64,000 nt of DNA from Wickerhamiella versatilis (GCA_030867685.1 JAQOWU010000008.1:868001-932000), one strand, 5' to 3'. Numbered from the stretch's first letter, positions 9,448 to 21,233 are shown. The notes: a model not told the origin generated them from the sequence alone. Numbers and translations are program-made.

Positions 9448-9942
9448 ATGTCTTCTACGACGAGTGACCTGTGCCCGGTCTACGCCCCCTTCTTTGGTGC
9501 TCTGGGTTGCACCGCCGCCATAGTGTTCACTTGCTTCGGTGCCAGCTATGGTACAGCAAAAGCCGGCGTTGGTATCTGTGCCACTACTGTGTTGCGCCCA
9601 GACCTTCTAATTAAGAACAGTATTCCTGTCATTATGGCGGGTATTATCGCTATCTATGGGCTTGTGGTATCTGTACTTGTCAGTGGTGGTCTCAAGCAGA
9701 GCCTCCCTCTTTATACCGGGTTCATCCAGCTGGGTGCCGGGTTGTCTGTCGGGCTCAGTGGGTTGGCTGCGGGATTTGCTATCGGTATTGTTGGTGATGC
9801 AGGTGTTCGTGGTACTGCGCAGCAACCACGTCTATTCGTCGGAATGATCCTTATTCTGATTTTTGCAGAGGTATTGGGTCTTTACGGCCTTATTGTTGCA
9901 CTGTTGCTGAATACACGTGCGACACTTGATGTTAGCTGCTAA
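9448..9942 (+). CDS. VMA3: V-ATPase V0 proteolipid subunit c
   Basis: [43 protein letters not shown]. Confidence 0.97.
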   Translation: MSSTTSDLCPVYAPFFGALGCTAAIVFTCFGASYGTAKAGVGICATTVLRPDLLIKNSIPVIMAGIIAIYGLVVSVLVSGGLKQSLPLYTGFIQLGAGLSVGLSGLAAGFAIGIVGDAGVRGTAQQPRLFVGMILILIFAEVLGLYGLIVALLLNTRATLDVSC

Positions 9943-10067
9943 GTCGATAGAAAAACGGACAACCGGACTAGAAAAACTAGGTGCAATCGGAATTGAACAT
10001 GTTTAGGTATCAGTATAGGTTATATGTTGCGTTATCAAAGTACACATGTGCACAGTGATAGGAGAGA

Positions 10068-11237
10068 ATGGGTCGAATCAGGGATAGATTAACTAAGCGA
10101 TGGATGAGACTAGGCGTGAGATTCCTTTCGAACGTTTTCACATTCAATTCTGCATCAGCGAGAGGGCGCGTTTCTCTTAAGAAAATACCTAATTTCTTGG
10201 GCCACTGCTCGAACCGTAGCTATTATTTGCACAATGAGGACCGCTACTCTATGAACATACTGCAACTACCGGATATGAATGGACTGCCGCGAGACGTATT
10301 TAGCTTTGGGGTATATGACGGCCATGGCGGTGAAGCGTGTTCGGATTTCATAGCGAAAAAGCTGGACGAGTATGTCGAAAATCAAACAGTAAACAATGAG
10401 GAGGCATTACGGCTCGCTAGCAACTTCAAACAGACTTATGGTGGTTATTGGAGATCAGAGCGAAGGTCTTTAACGAGCTATAGCCGTGGAGTGGCCCGAT
10501 CAAAATTTGATGATCTTGAAATGCGATTACCGCTAAGCTTTCTTCAGGCAGATCTGGATTTCCTAAATACACAGGAAGGCAGAATGAGCGGTTCCACAGC
10601 TACTGCAGCATACATCTACTCGCTTGAGATGGGGAGACAGTTCTGGGAACCCGGTGTTGATGCTAATTTAATGGTTGCACAGGTTGGTGACTGTAGAGCG
10701 ATTTTGGCGGATAATAGGGGTAACTTGCAGGCCTTGAGCACAGTACATCATCTGGAGTCTCCATACGAATCTGATCGCCTGGAAGACTACAAACCGCTGG
10801 TCAATTTCACTTCAGATGGTAAGCAGCGATTTCTCCAGTATATGAATACACGCGCTTTCGGTGATTTTCAAGGCAAAAGTTCAGGTATCACCGCAGAACC
10901 AGAACTGGTTGGCTATAAAATTGGGCCAGGTAGGGGTAGGCTTCCTGGGAATGAAGCCTTTCTCGTTATAATCAGTGATGGTGTTTCGGACTTCGCAGCA
11001 GACCAAGAGGTTGTTGACTTGGTAATTCAGACAGGGTTCAGGGGTGGCTCAATGCGTGGGACACCACAAGATGCTGCGAACGAACTTGTATCATTTGCCC
11101 TTGTTGCAGGCACAAAGGATAATTGCACTGCACTTGTCATACGACTCGGCGGCTGGGGTGACTGGGGCGAGTGGACAGACCGTTCAGGGTCCATACGCGA
11201 GCAAAAACTCAGAGCAGGTCCTTCGAGGTTGAAGTAG
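10068..11237 (+). CDS. PTC6: Mitochondrial PP2C phosphatase (Ptc6/Aup1-like)
   Basis: NEDRY, YDGHGG, VGDCRAIL, NTRAFGD, SDGV, DNCT and RLGGWGDW. Presequence-like N-terminus; alternative ATG at 10104. Confidence 0.85.
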   Translation: MGRIRDRLTKRWMRLGVRFLSNVFTFNSASARGRVSLKKIPNFLGHCSNRSYYLHNEDRYSMNILQLPDMNGLPRDVFSFGVYDGHGGEACSDFIAKKLDEYVENQTVNNEEALRLASNFKQTYGGYWRSERRSLTSYSRGVARSKFDDLEMRLPLSFLQADLDFLNTQEGRMSGSTATAAYIYSLEMGRQFWEPGVDANLMVAQVGDCRAILADNRGNLQALSTVHHLESPYESDRLEDYKPLVNFTSDGKQRFLQYMNTRAFGDFQGKSSGITAEPELVGYKIGPGRGRLPGNEAFLVIISDGVSDFAADQEVVDLVIQTGFRGGSMRGTPQDAANELVSFALVAGTKDNCTALVIRLGGWGDWGEWTDRSGSIREQKLRAGPSRLK

Positions 11238-11323
11238 CATTACCAGCATGAAAAAATTTATGTATTATATGTATGTACAAAAAGGGTTATGAATGAGAAA
11301 GAGATGTTTTCAACAATGATAAA

Positions 11324-11587
11324 TCACTTTTTATAGACACTTCGTATACGTGTCGGTGCAAAGTCACCTAATTTGAAGCCTACCATTTTCTCGGTCACTT
11401 CGAACTCATGATAAGCCCGTCCATTATGAACTTGAAATTTGACACCAACGAACGAAGGGAGAACCGTGCAGGCTCGAGCATTCGTGCGGATAGCAGTGCC
11501 ATTCTCCCTCGCAGCCTTTATAGGTAGAGGCACGACAAAGGGGACCTTCCAGGCCGACCGCTTCAGTGCCGGAACAGAAGCTCTCAT
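11324..11587 (-). CDS. RSM19: Mitochondrial ribosomal protein S19
   Basis: [37 protein letters not shown]. Confidence 0.95.
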   Translation of the reverse strand: MRASVPALKRSAWKVPFVVPLPIKAARENGTAIRTNARACTVLPSFVGVKFQVHNGRAYHEFEVTEKMVGFKLGDFAPTRIRSVYKK

Positions 11588-11790
11588 AGGCCTCTCGATT
11601 ACAAATCTCAGTTTGTCTAGTTAGTCGATAAATATAGATAATTCCAGGACATTGAGTAAGGATCTGATGGTATGTTAAAAAATAATTATCAAGATCTATG
11701 ATACTGGGCTATTGAAATAAGTTATTCTTTTCAACCCATATAAACAGAGTTACATTCAATTTTTCGCCTCGCCTTACAAAATTTGTCACC

Positions 11791-13377
11791 ATGAGTGAGC
11801 TAACCCGGCCTCATTCTCATGAAGAACGAACTGCCGGAGTTTTAAAGAGGTTCCAAGAGAGTATCGAGAGATCAGAGCTCACCCCCTCACGAAAAAGAGG
11901 ACTTCATGAACAAGAAGAAGAAGACCCTACAGAACCCGTGAATGACAAGCATGGTCTTACTCCTCTTCCTCAGCCTGAGCAGGCTGAAGAAGACACAGGA
12001 CATTTCACTCTACTTTGGCCAGTAGAACCTAAAGTGGTAGATCCGCAAAAGCGGGCAAAATTTGACACTCTTGGTGTATCTCCTGAACTTGTCGAAAAGC
12101 TGGTAGAGGTAGGCTACCATGAAGCTTTTGCTGTGCAGGTAGCAGTTATACCGACATTAGTTGCTCAGAATATCAACAAGCTGGGCCCAGATCCTCTTCC
12201 AGATATTTTGGTGAATTCCTTCACAGGCTCCGGTAAAACTTTGGCATATGTGGTGCCGATCATTGATAGGTTACTGAGACGGCGCATCGTCCCGCGTATA
12301 CGGGCACTAATTGTGTTACCCACGCGCCCTCTCATGCTTCAAGTCCATCAAATAATCGAAACTTTGACCCGTGGGACGTCGATAGAGGCCGTCACACTGA
12401 GAAATGATCGCTCCTTCCAGAAAGAGAATCAACTGCTTACCGGTTCTAATCCCCCGGATATAGTCATAACTGCACCAGGAAGACTTGTAGATCATGTGGC
12501 TGTCACACCAAATTTGCTCGGCGACCTGGAATATCTCGTTATTGACGAAGCTGATCGCCTGGTTGGTCAGTCTTTCCAAAATTGGACTAATATTATTTCC
12601 ACAATGGTTGTGGATCACCCATGTCTTCGGCAAGAATGGCGACGACCCCCCCAGAGGCTGATATTCAGTGCAACCCTTACAAGGGATCCTGGGAAGTTAA
12701 AGGCACTTCAAATACGCACAGCTCCCAAATTACCCCAGCTTTATGTTGTGGGTGACTATGATTTTACCGAAAAAGAGTTCTCTGTGCCTGCCTCGCTGCA
12801 CGAGAGAATTGTCAAAGTTCGTTCTACTGCAGCAAAACCTCTGGCATTGGTGGAAAAACTCCTTCTCTCAGAGGATTCAAAATTCTCAAGAGTCATGGTA
12901 TTTGTACGTAGCAATGAGGCTGCCGTAAGATTGGCGAGACTTATGCAGATTGTTGCCTCCTGGTGCTATCAGACGGAGTTGAGCGTCGGAAGGTGCTCTC
13001 GGGAGATGCTTTCCACCCAAAGAAAAGAGGCTCTTCGGGCATTCGAATCTGGAAAGTTTCCTGTGCTTGTATGTACGGATCTTATTGCTCGAGGGCTTGA
13101 CGTCGAAGGCGTGGACCTTATTGTAAACTATGATTTACCAGCAGGTGCTCGAGAATATATACATAGAGTTGGAAGAACAGCACGGGCAGGGGCTAAGGGC
13201 GAGGCCTGGACTTTTAGTGCCACTGGCGGCGAGACGAAATTTTTCTTCAATTTACAAAAATCCATCAGTCGCAAGAACGACATAGGTGAAGACTTCTGCG
13301 AAGTTGACGATGAAGGAAATAAAGCTTATGAAGAGGCTCTAAATGAGTTAGAACGAGAAGTTACAGGCCCACAATGA
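11791..13377 (+). CDS. DBP6: DEAD-box RNA helicase Dbp6
   Basis: AFAVQVAVIP, TGSGKTLAY, DEAD, FSATLTRDPGKL, HRVGRTARAG. Confidence 0.92.
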   Translation: MSELTRPHSHEERTAGVLKRFQESIERSELTPSRKRGLHEQEEEDPTEPVNDKHGLTPLPQPEQAEEDTGHFTLLWPVEPKVVDPQKRAKFDTLGVSPELVEKLVEVGYHEAFAVQVAVIPTLVAQNINKLGPDPLPDILVNSFTGSGKTLAYVVPIIDRLLRRRIVPRIRALIVLPTRPLMLQVHQIIETLTRGTSIEAVTLRNDRSFQKENQLLTGSNPPDIVITAPGRLVDHVAVTPNLLGDLEYLVIDEADRLVGQSFQNWTNIISTMVVDHPCLRQEWRRPPQRLIFSATLTRDPGKLKALQIRTAPKLPQLYVVGDYDFTEKEFSVPASLHERIVKVRSTAAKPLALVEKLLLSEDSKFSRVMVFVRSNEAAVRLARLMQIVASWCYQTELSVGRCSREMLSTQRKEALRAFESGKFPVLVCTDLIARGLDVEGVDLIVNYDLPAGAREYIHRVGRTARAGAKGEAWTFSATGGETKFFFNLQKSISRKNDIGEDFCEVDDEGNKAYEEALNELEREVTGPQ

Positions 13378-13929
13378 TAATATATATGTATGTATTTATT
13401 TAGGATATCCTCTACTGTTAGCACTCAGTCCCGATAGATGGTATAAAATATGATCATGGATATCACACGATAGATGGTTTTGGGGTCATCTCCGTACTTA
13501 CGAGTTAAACGTCAACAAGTCGTGTTTCTGTGTGTGTGTGAAGACTGGAACAAAAAAAAATTTGTCATCTTCAGCTATGACGCCTTGGGTACACAAAACT
13601 CTTGTGGGGTTACCAGGTACATTAGTTTTTCCTCGCCGTAAGAAATCTTTTTCTATATCGAAATGGCAATAACCTGAATTGAATTTAAGTGTCAACCTAT
13701 ATTAGCGAAAATATAATATAAACCTACAAAGCCTTATATAAATATATGTACGCAATGATATTCGCTAAGAACTTTTCACTAGACGCTAAAATTGAACCAG
13801 TTCGTAAATTTCCTTAGTGGAACACGACTACAAACTTAGCGATAAACTCTGAGAGGACCGTCGGCTTGTCCACGAACTTACTCAGAATTGTAAGCAGCAA
13901 CGCAGTCTTTGACCGAACCTTCCGTCCTG

Positions 13930-15354
13930 ATGTCTGGCGCCGGTCAGTTAGTGAAAGAGGCCAAAGCAGACCCGGATGCTACAGCAGTATTGACAAAGAA
14001 ACGCCTAAGTGGGCCGAATAAATCGCGACCGCAGTTTGTGAGCAAAATGTGGGACATGGTCAACAATCCTGCAAACCATGAGTTCATTCGCTGGATGCCG
14101 GATGGAAGAGCCATTCAGATTGTGAATAGGGATGCTTTCGAGAAAGTAATTCTTCCCAAGTATTTCAAGCATAATAATTTGTCAAGCTTTGTACGGCAGC
14201 TAAATATGTACGGGTGGCACAAGGTTCAAGATCTCAGTAGTGGTACGATGAATAGCAATGAGGAGAACTGGCAGTTTCAGAGTCCTTACTTCATTCGCGG
14301 CCACGAGGAACTTTTGGATCACATCGTCCGTAACCTTCGGAATAAAAGCCAGCGTCATGAGGAAGAAAGTGATAGTGGTGCCCCTGGGCTAAGCCAAGTT
14401 TTGTGTGAACTTGAGCAGATTAAGAAACGTCAAATCAACATAGGTGAGGATTTGAGTCGTATGCGGCAAGACAATCAGCTTCTGTGGGCTGAATATTACC
14501 AAACAAGAGAGCGGTTCGATAAACACAGCCAGATGCTTGCCAGGATATTGCGTTTCATGGCTTCAATGTATGGTGGGCAGCCATCAAAGATGATGAGTCC
14601 GGGTGCTGATGGTGGGTCTCGTCGGCTGGTACCAAATGGAGACCGTGCTCTCACTGCTCCTCCACCAGGACCTAGCGCAGAGCAAGAGCAGGAGCTTCAA
14701 GAATTACAAGACCAGATCCAAGAAATAAGAGATTTCTCTGATGCATCTCCTGCATCGAATTCCCCGGGGGCAACACTCGAAAATGCCCTCGTACCAACTC
14801 ATTTCTCCCAAGCACCACCGCGTGCACACCCCAGGTCGAGGATTCAGATACCTCAGTCAACTCCGAGTGCTGCAGGACAGCAACTCATTAAGTCCCGACT
14901 TCAAAATCAGGGTCTTTCCCAAGATCAGGTTTCTAATGGGGTGTCTCTGGAGACAGCATCTCGCTTATTTCCAGAACTCACAGCAACGGATCTGGCAAAT
15001 GCAGCAAGTGCTAGTGATGCGGGCGTCACTGCACCGACATTAGCGCCGCCTATGATTTCTGAACACGAGCTGGAGAATATTTCGCATGAGATCGCTAATA
15101 ATGGCAATTCATTGCAGCAGATTCAAGATTGGTTGAACAGAAAGACCCCAAATTTTGATTCACATTGGGCGGCAGATAATAACGGCTTCAACATGGACGA
15201 CTTTTTGGTTGATGGCGGCAATAATGGGGAGGTTTCAGAAATTTTACCTGATCCCTTGGATGAGCATGGATCTGTAGTTCCGTTGACTCCCGGAAAAGGG
15301 GAGGCCGCTGGTGATCATGAACAGCCCGACCTCAAGCGAAAGAGGACCGGCTAG
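13930..15354 (+). CDS. HSF1: Heat shock transcription factor
   Basis: HSF domain (LPKYFKHNNLSSFVRQLNMYGWHKV) and HR-A/B coiled coil (DNQLLW...ILRFMASMY). Confidence 0.93.
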   Translation: MSGAGQLVKEAKADPDATAVLTKKRLSGPNKSRPQFVSKMWDMVNNPANHEFIRWMPDGRAIQIVNRDAFEKVILPKYFKHNNLSSFVRQLNMYGWHKVQDLSSGTMNSNEENWQFQSPYFIRGHEELLDHIVRNLRNKSQRHEEESDSGAPGLSQVLCELEQIKKRQINIGEDLSRMRQDNQLLWAEYYQTRERFDKHSQMLARILRFMASMYGGQPSKMMSPGADGGSRRLVPNGDRALTAPPPGPSAEQEQELQELQDQIQEIRDFSDASPASNSPGATLENALVPTHFSQAPPRAHPRSRIQIPQSTPSAAGQQLIKSRLQNQGLSQDQVSNGVSLETASRLFPELTATDLANAASASDAGVTAPTLAPPMISEHELENISHEIANNGNSLQQIQDWLNRKTPNFDSHWAADNNGFNMDDFLVDGGNNGEVSEILPDPLDEHGSVVPLTPGKGEAAGDHEQPDLKRKRTG

Positions 15355-15505
15355 TCCTTTAATTCATATCGAGAATAAATCATATTCAAATACCAGCATA
15401 CTTATGGATATAATTATTATAAGGTTTTTAAAAAACGTGGGATGAAATCTTCTTGGTTAAATTTAAGTCGGTTCTGAGGACTAAGAGTCACCCTGTCTAA
15501 GCGGC

Positions 15506-17797
15506 ATGTTGTCCTGGGTTAAGAGCTTCTCGTCGAATATACACTATAACTACTCAGTGGCGAGTAAAGCGACTTTCCAATGTGGATGCTGGAGTGTCTA
15601 TGATGCTAAGAACCGTTCATCAAAGGAGCCGGTTAGTGTTTGGGTTGTAGACAAGAAGAGTATTCAGGATGCACTTTCCTCACAAGGAATTCGCCCACGT
15701 TCGGCTATAGTTGGCCAGGTACTTGAACATGCTCAACGGGGGGCAGCGAATTTAACGAAGCTTCGCCACCCTGCAATCCTCAAGGTTGTTGAAGCCTTGG
15801 AATCATCACGCACCTCACTTTCGTTTGTGACTGAGAGAGTACAGGCCTCTTTAAGCCTCTTTATTAGAACAGAGGATGATGAGATGAATGATCTCATGAT
15901 AGTTCGTGGGTTTTCTACACTCTGCAGTGCACTTGAGTTCCTGCACAATCAGGTGGGTTATGTGCATATGAACTTAAGCCCAGAAACGGTTCTAATAGAC
16001 GCAAAAGGCGATTGGAAACTTGCTGGACTTGAATTTATAGAGCTGTTTCAGGAGCATAGTGCAGGAGATTTCTTTCTCCCGAATGTGGATCCCAGATTTC
16101 CCCCTTGGATGATGCCATCGGTGGATTATTTGTCGCCAGATTTGGTAATTTCTCATACTATACTACCTGCAAATGATATGTGGAGCATAGCATGTCTACT
16201 ATATGCTTCTTATAATCACGGGAAAGCTCCATTAGCCACGAGAAATAATCCTAATGCTTACAAGGAAGAGCTCCAGCGTTTGAAACGGAGACTTCTTTCA
16301 GCGCATTTTCCGAGCAGTTTGCAACCTCTGCTCGTTTCACTTTTTGCAGAGGACCCTAATGAGCGTCTTACATTGGCCTCTTTCCAGCAATCGGAGTTCT
16401 TTCAGAACCCATTGATTAAAGCACTAGCATCAATGGATGTATATCCCACGATGACCCCTCCCGAGAAGATTAGCTATCTGAAGCATCTGATTTCGCTGAT
16501 ACCTCAATTTCCAAAAGTAGTACGACAGCAAAAAATGCTAAATTTTGGTCGAGAGCAGTTGGAAGGTCCGAGAGACCCTGCAACTGGTGCTTTGATAGCA
16601 GGTGTAATATTTGAAGCAAGTCGGGAAATGAGCCGCTTGGGTTTTAGTGAAGAGGTATTGCCTCTGTTTAAGACTTTTTCAGACTATGCCCCATTTCAGG
16701 AAGCAGTTTCCTCACATATTGATGTTGTGGTAGAGTCAACTAGTGACAAGGACTTCAGCAAACATGTAGTCCCCACATTCGTTAATGCGCTCAAAGATTC
16801 AGCTAATGCTGCTTCTCATCCAGTGCAGACTCAAATCCTTAGGCAAGCGCCCTCTTACATGTCGCAAGTAACGATCCCCGTTCTAGAGCAAAGTCTATTC
16901 CCTGAAGTTATTGACTGTTTTGCTGCTACACCTGCGCGTTCAGTCAAAGTTGCATGCGTTCGTTGCTCATGCGAGATGGTGAAGCGCGGGCTTTCTAAAA
17001 CCCTGATCATGGACCGCTTAATGCCAGCACTTGAGGCCATGAAGACTCGTGACCCTGCAGTGGTCTTGAGCGTGCGCGAGCTCTATGAGGCAGTGACGCC
17101 TAAAATTGGGACATCTGTGCTTGTTGAAAAAGTAATTCCACATTTGCTGGTGATGTCAATTTCCGACACCCTTACACAGGATCAATTTAAGGTTATGCTG
17201 GCAGAAGTGAGGGCAGAAATTGACAGGGTTGAGGAAAGACAATTAGAGGAGTTGCGCAAGAAATCAACATCACAAAATGAGAGTAAGGAATTCGGTGAAT
17301 CACTAGAGGTTAGTGAAACTTCTTTGCACCAAGAGGGCTCAAATAAGATAGTGGGCTTCCCTGGCAAAGACTCATGGAGCAAAAACCCCTCCACAGATTC
17401 TATCGGTGGAACTAATGTTAAGAATTCAAAGAATTTTATCAGTGCTATGCCCTCACCGATGTCTAATGCACCTTCCCAGTCCCCGTCTTATAGTTTGCAA
17501 CCACAGGTATTGCCCCTTGAGCCACCGAAATCGTCTCAACCACCTCCAAAAACTCCTGCAGTGGACACACGCTGGAATCTTTCCTCTGCTACAGCTGAAA
17601 AGCCTGTTATTCCGCAATTTGCTACTCTTCAGCCTCAACGTGTTTCTTCGGGACCACCAGCTTCCGGGATGGGAGCATCCCTACCTATGCTAAACCCAAG
17701 CGCTTTCCAGGCACCAAAGCCTCATGAACGCGTTGGAACGTCTATCGCGCCCTCCAGCCAAAAACAGGGCTTGGACAAATTCGAGAGTTTGTTGTAA
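15506..17797 (+). CDS. SCY1: Scy1 pseudokinase with HEAT repeats
   Basis: KLRHPAILKVVE, GDWKLAGLEF, no catalytic HRD/DFG, HEAT region, DKFESLL end. Confidence 0.9.
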   Translation: MLSWVKSFSSNIHYNYSVASKATFQCGCWSVYDAKNRSSKEPVSVWVVDKKSIQDALSSQGIRPRSAIVGQVLEHAQRGAANLTKLRHPAILKVVEALESSRTSLSFVTERVQASLSLFIRTEDDEMNDLMIVRGFSTLCSALEFLHNQVGYVHMNLSPETVLIDAKGDWKLAGLEFIELFQEHSAGDFFLPNVDPRFPPWMMPSVDYLSPDLVISHTILPANDMWSIACLLYASYNHGKAPLATRNNPNAYKEELQRLKRRLLSAHFPSSLQPLLVSLFAEDPNERLTLASFQQSEFFQNPLIKALASMDVYPTMTPPEKISYLKHLISLIPQFPKVVRQQKMLNFGREQLEGPRDPATGALIAGVIFEASREMSRLGFSEEVLPLFKTFSDYAPFQEAVSSHIDVVVESTSDKDFSKHVVPTFVNALKDSANAASHPVQTQILRQAPSYMSQVTIPVLEQSLFPEVIDCFAATPARSVKVACVRCSCEMVKRGLSKTLIMDRLMPALEAMKTRDPAVVLSVRELYEAVTPKIGTSVLVEKVIPHLLVMSISDTLTQDQFKVMLAEVRAEIDRVEERQLEELRKKSTSQNESKEFGESLEVSETSLHQEGSNKIVGFPGKDSWSKNPSTDSIGGTNVKNSKNFISAMPSPMSNAPSQSPSYSLQPQVLPLEPPKSSQPPPKTPAVDTRWNLSSATAEKPVIPQFATLQPQRVSSGPPASGMGASLPMLNPSAFQAPKPHERVGTSIAPSSQKQGLDKFESLL

Positions 17798-17901
17798 TTA
17801 CGTTGTTTAATTTATTGTAAGTGCTATGATAGTTGCTGCACTTATACTTAGAAAGTTTTTCTGGTCTCCAAATACTCCCAGTGATCCGATTAATTTCATG
17901 T

Positions 17902-19152
17902 TCAATTTCTAAATAGTTTCGAAAGTAGTGCCTGTGTTGCCTGAAGTGCCTGGAAGCGAACTTCCGGGTCGGCAGATCCTAATAATGCCATAAGCTTCTG
18001 CTTGTGTTCAGATACAATAGGGATAGCCTCAGGGGTTTCGTTCAGAATACATGTGACATCATGAGCAGCAACAGCTTGAGTTGTGGGATCACTTGAATCC
18101 AGGAGGCTGCAGAGTACATTAAGAGCCTTCCAGTCCTGCTTTTGGAATTCATCCAAGTTCTCTCTCCAGAAGGCAGGGTTTTTATGGGGAGGTGACCACT
18201 GCAAATGCTTCGCCTTCAGCTCTGCATCGTATTCTTCGAATGTAGTCATTTTGGCAAAAGCATCATGGAGAACTCCGCGCAGGTATTCTAGGTCCTCACG
18301 CAGTTCATCATCGGCCCATTTTCGCTGGCACAAAGATGTGCAGATCGGCAATCCGCGTTCAGCGATCAAGAGAGAAACGGCTTGAGTGTGATCAAACTTC
18401 AACACGTTCAAAATTATAGCGATGGACATACGTACAACTTTTTCCTTGATAGCTGTTCGTGCAGTCTCTATGAGGATTGAGATAGCACTATTATCAATCA
18501 CCAAGCTCTTGGCCAAGGGTGGTTCGAAAGATACTAGCCAAATAGAGAGAAGTGCATAGTACTGCACCTGTAAGATTTGACACTGCGCAAGTTTTAAAAG
18601 TTCAGTCACTGGTGCTAATTCCCGCAATTCCTTCTTTTGGAGAACCAAGGCCAGCACTTGCACTGCCGTATCTTCATTGGTTTCGCTCGTCAGCAAAGTA
18701 TTTCTTATAAAATCGAAGAAGCTGTTTACAGCGGAATCTGGGGCCTGCTGTAAACTAAGGAGGATGGCAAAGGTTCTCACCGCAAGAAGAGACTTTTGTG
18801 CATCGCCTGAATTTATTATGGATACTAAAACTTGCCAGTTGCTGGGGTCAGAAGCAAAGGCCTTTGAGACAGCAGGGACTGTGAGTGAAGCATCTCCGAG
18901 AAACAAAACGAGATACTTGATCAAATCATCCCTAGGAATGTCTCGTAGTAATGTCAGAGCAGCAGAAACGTATTCAGACACATGGCTAGCAACGGTATCG
19001 ATGAACGTTGTGCCAGGCTTTTCAAGGGCTTTAAAGAGTTCTGCATTTTCCTCACTGAGTACCTTTGCCCTCTTATAACCATCCCACGGAATTGGTCGAA
19101 TTCGGATGCCGGTCTTTATCTCCTCGATTTGGCTATTTGTGATGGTATCCAT
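17902..19152 (-). CDS. VMA13: V-ATPase V1 subunit H
   Basis: IPWDGYKRA, KEKVVRMSIA, RKWADDEL, LQWSPPHKNPAFWREN. Confidence 0.95.
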   Translation of the reverse strand: MDTITNSQIEEIKTGIRIRPIPWDGYKRAKVLSEENAELFKALEKPGTTFIDTVASHVSEYVSAALTLLRDIPRDDLIKYLVLFLGDASLTVPAVSKAFASDPSNWQVLVSIINSGDAQKSLLAVRTFAILLSLQQAPDSAVNSFFDFIRNTLLTSETNEDTAVQVLALVLQKKELRELAPVTELLKLAQCQILQVQYYALLSIWLVSFEPPLAKSLVIDNSAISILIETARTAIKEKVVRMSIAIILNVLKFDHTQAVSLLIAERGLPICTSLCQRKWADDELREDLEYLRGVLHDAFAKMTTFEEYDAELKAKHLQWSPPHKNPAFWRENLDEFQKQDWKALNVLCSLLDSSDPTTQAVAAHDVTCILNETPEAIPIVSEHKQKLMALLGSADPEVRFQALQATQALLSKLFRN

Positions 19153-19793
19153 GCTTAGGCTGATTACTCAAGCGAGTGCGCTTGAGGGCTTTCTTGCGTT
19201 TCTTTGCCTAGAGACGGAAAACTCAACCCGTTGTCTTCGTTTATCCCATGAATTTTAAATGTATCATATTTTGTAGATCAGATAAATAGGGAGCTCGGCA
19301 AATCGTTGCGTAAAAAGGATATCCCTTCAAAATGACACTATGGAATCATAATCATAAGGAAGGTATCTCATTTGCAAAAAAAAATTCATGAGTATATCAT
19401 TCAATGCCGTTTTCACGTCTCTTTATCCCCAACCCTTTCGTCTTGAGCGGGTTTAGTGGGCCAAAGTTTAATCCCGTATTATTTTAAGGCGTTGTGGACA
19501 TGTGATTCCCGCGTAGAATGACACAGATAATATAATGTGGCTAAGCGATATTTTCAGCAAAAACTTTCGTTTGCCGGGGGATGAATGCCAACAAATAGAC
19601 CCTAATGCTAGCTAAAAGTTCATTAGCCTGACTAGCAAACCGGAAGATTTAATTTAATCAAGACTGTAATTATCCAGGGCAAAGACTATATCGGCAAGAC
19701 AAAATCTCGGCAGCCTGGTTTTGGCACAGTTCAAAATAAGATTATTACATTATCTCAACTTCCAACCATCTTCTCCACCATTTTCGCCTTATA

Positions 19794-20870
19794 ATGGGGG
19801 AAGATGTGGAAATGCGAAAGGGCTCTCTCCCAGTGGCCAAAAGAAATAATCAGCTATCGAATATTATGGCTGCACAATGCTTGTCGCCAACAGTCACTCG
19901 TCCGTTGCCTCCTGACATTCTCCAGCGATCACGCGAAATTGAGTACCAGCAGCGTAGGCTTATCGCAGGATTAGGAAAACAGAAGGACGATCTCCCCTCC
20001 TCCACCTCAGTGAACGTCAATGGGAATACAACTCCTGTGGTTTGGAGGTCTGGCGAAGTGCTGAGTGGCCAGGGTTCCCCAAGCCAGCAGCAATCTGCCT
20101 CAGACAAATCACCAGCATCAGGCAGAGTATTCGAGGATAATAATTCTCAGCACAAAAGGTGTAGGAGTGAGCCTATCAGCACCCAACAATCTTTGGCATC
20201 GGAATCACAAGGTGGTAATGGCGGTAATGGGACACCTGCATCAGCAAATAATAATGACACTTCAAAAGGTTCCTCTATTACGAATGAGCCTGAGAAGAGA
20301 AATAAAGACGGTGGGGTGGCTTCAGGGGGTATTCATAAGCCTGCCTCTTTCCGCGGGCGGCGTGCTGCAAGACCTGCACAACTTGACCTTGATGCACTTA
20401 GGCGTGAGCGTCAATTTAGTGGCCCGTATACTGCCAATCCATTATTACAACGTAAGCGTGCTCGATCGCTGCCAAGGACATCTAATACTGAATTAGAGCA
20501 TGAGGAGAAGGACGAGCAACGGGATGATGGTACCACCTCCTCCACCAGGCAAGATCAGACAAGACCAATGCGGCTTCCTAACATATCTCAAATGACAAAT
20601 GGGCCATTTACACCGGGAATCAACTCCCCATTGCAAGCTTTTCCTCAATCGGCAAAAACCCTGCCTAGTGTCCCACTATCGGCCGCCCCATCTCTTGGAT
20701 CGCAATTTCAGTCCAATTCCGCAAATACTTTCTTTGGCACGAATCCTCGAATGAACAGTACAGGCTCCTCACGTGGAGTACCGGAATCTATGGCTTCCTT
20801 GGATCAACAGGAGAAAAAGGCCAAATTTTTGCAGCTTTGCTCTGAGGCATGGGATTTACTGCGGAGCTAA
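19794..20870 (+). CDS. Disordered protein with a MAPK-docking motif, candidate Dig1-like Ste12 regulator
   Basis: 358 aa S/N/P-rich protein with RGRRAARPAQLDL and C-terminal KFLQLCSEAWDLL. The ORF is secure; the family call is tentative. Confidence 0.55.
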   Translation: MGEDVEMRKGSLPVAKRNNQLSNIMAAQCLSPTVTRPLPPDILQRSREIEYQQRRLIAGLGKQKDDLPSSTSVNVNGNTTPVVWRSGEVLSGQGSPSQQQSASDKSPASGRVFEDNNSQHKRCRSEPISTQQSLASESQGGNGGNGTPASANNNDTSKGSSITNEPEKRNKDGGVASGGIHKPASFRGRRAARPAQLDLDALRRERQFSGPYTANPLLQRKRARSLPRTSNTELEHEEKDEQRDDGTTSSTRQDQTRPMRLPNISQMTNGPFTPGINSPLQAFPQSAKTLPSVPLSAAPSLGSQFQSNSANTFFGTNPRMNSTGSSRGVPESMASLDQQEKKAKFLQLCSEAWDLLRS

Positions 20871-21233
20871 CGAGAGATGATGATGAATCGAGTATGCGTA
20901 TTTCAGTTATCAGTGGATTGCTCATGGAACTGGCATGCCGGATTTTCTATTTTATTTAATCTTATATGCCTGTTTGAAGGCCTGCTTCCCCATGCATCTG
21001 TTTGGTAACTTTGAAGAGAACTAATTAATATTCATAGTCAACTAGAAACAATTAAGTATTTAGAAAGTTTGATACCCCTAATAATCCTGGTATATCATCC
21101 CATTATTGATTATAACAAAATTATTCTATGCATTTTCATTCATTTGAATCGCATTGCAAGTCCAAACAGTCCCACATCCGAAAGTCTAGCTCCATTACCT
21201 AATAGAGTGTGGCACTCGCCCACCTCGCGAGTG

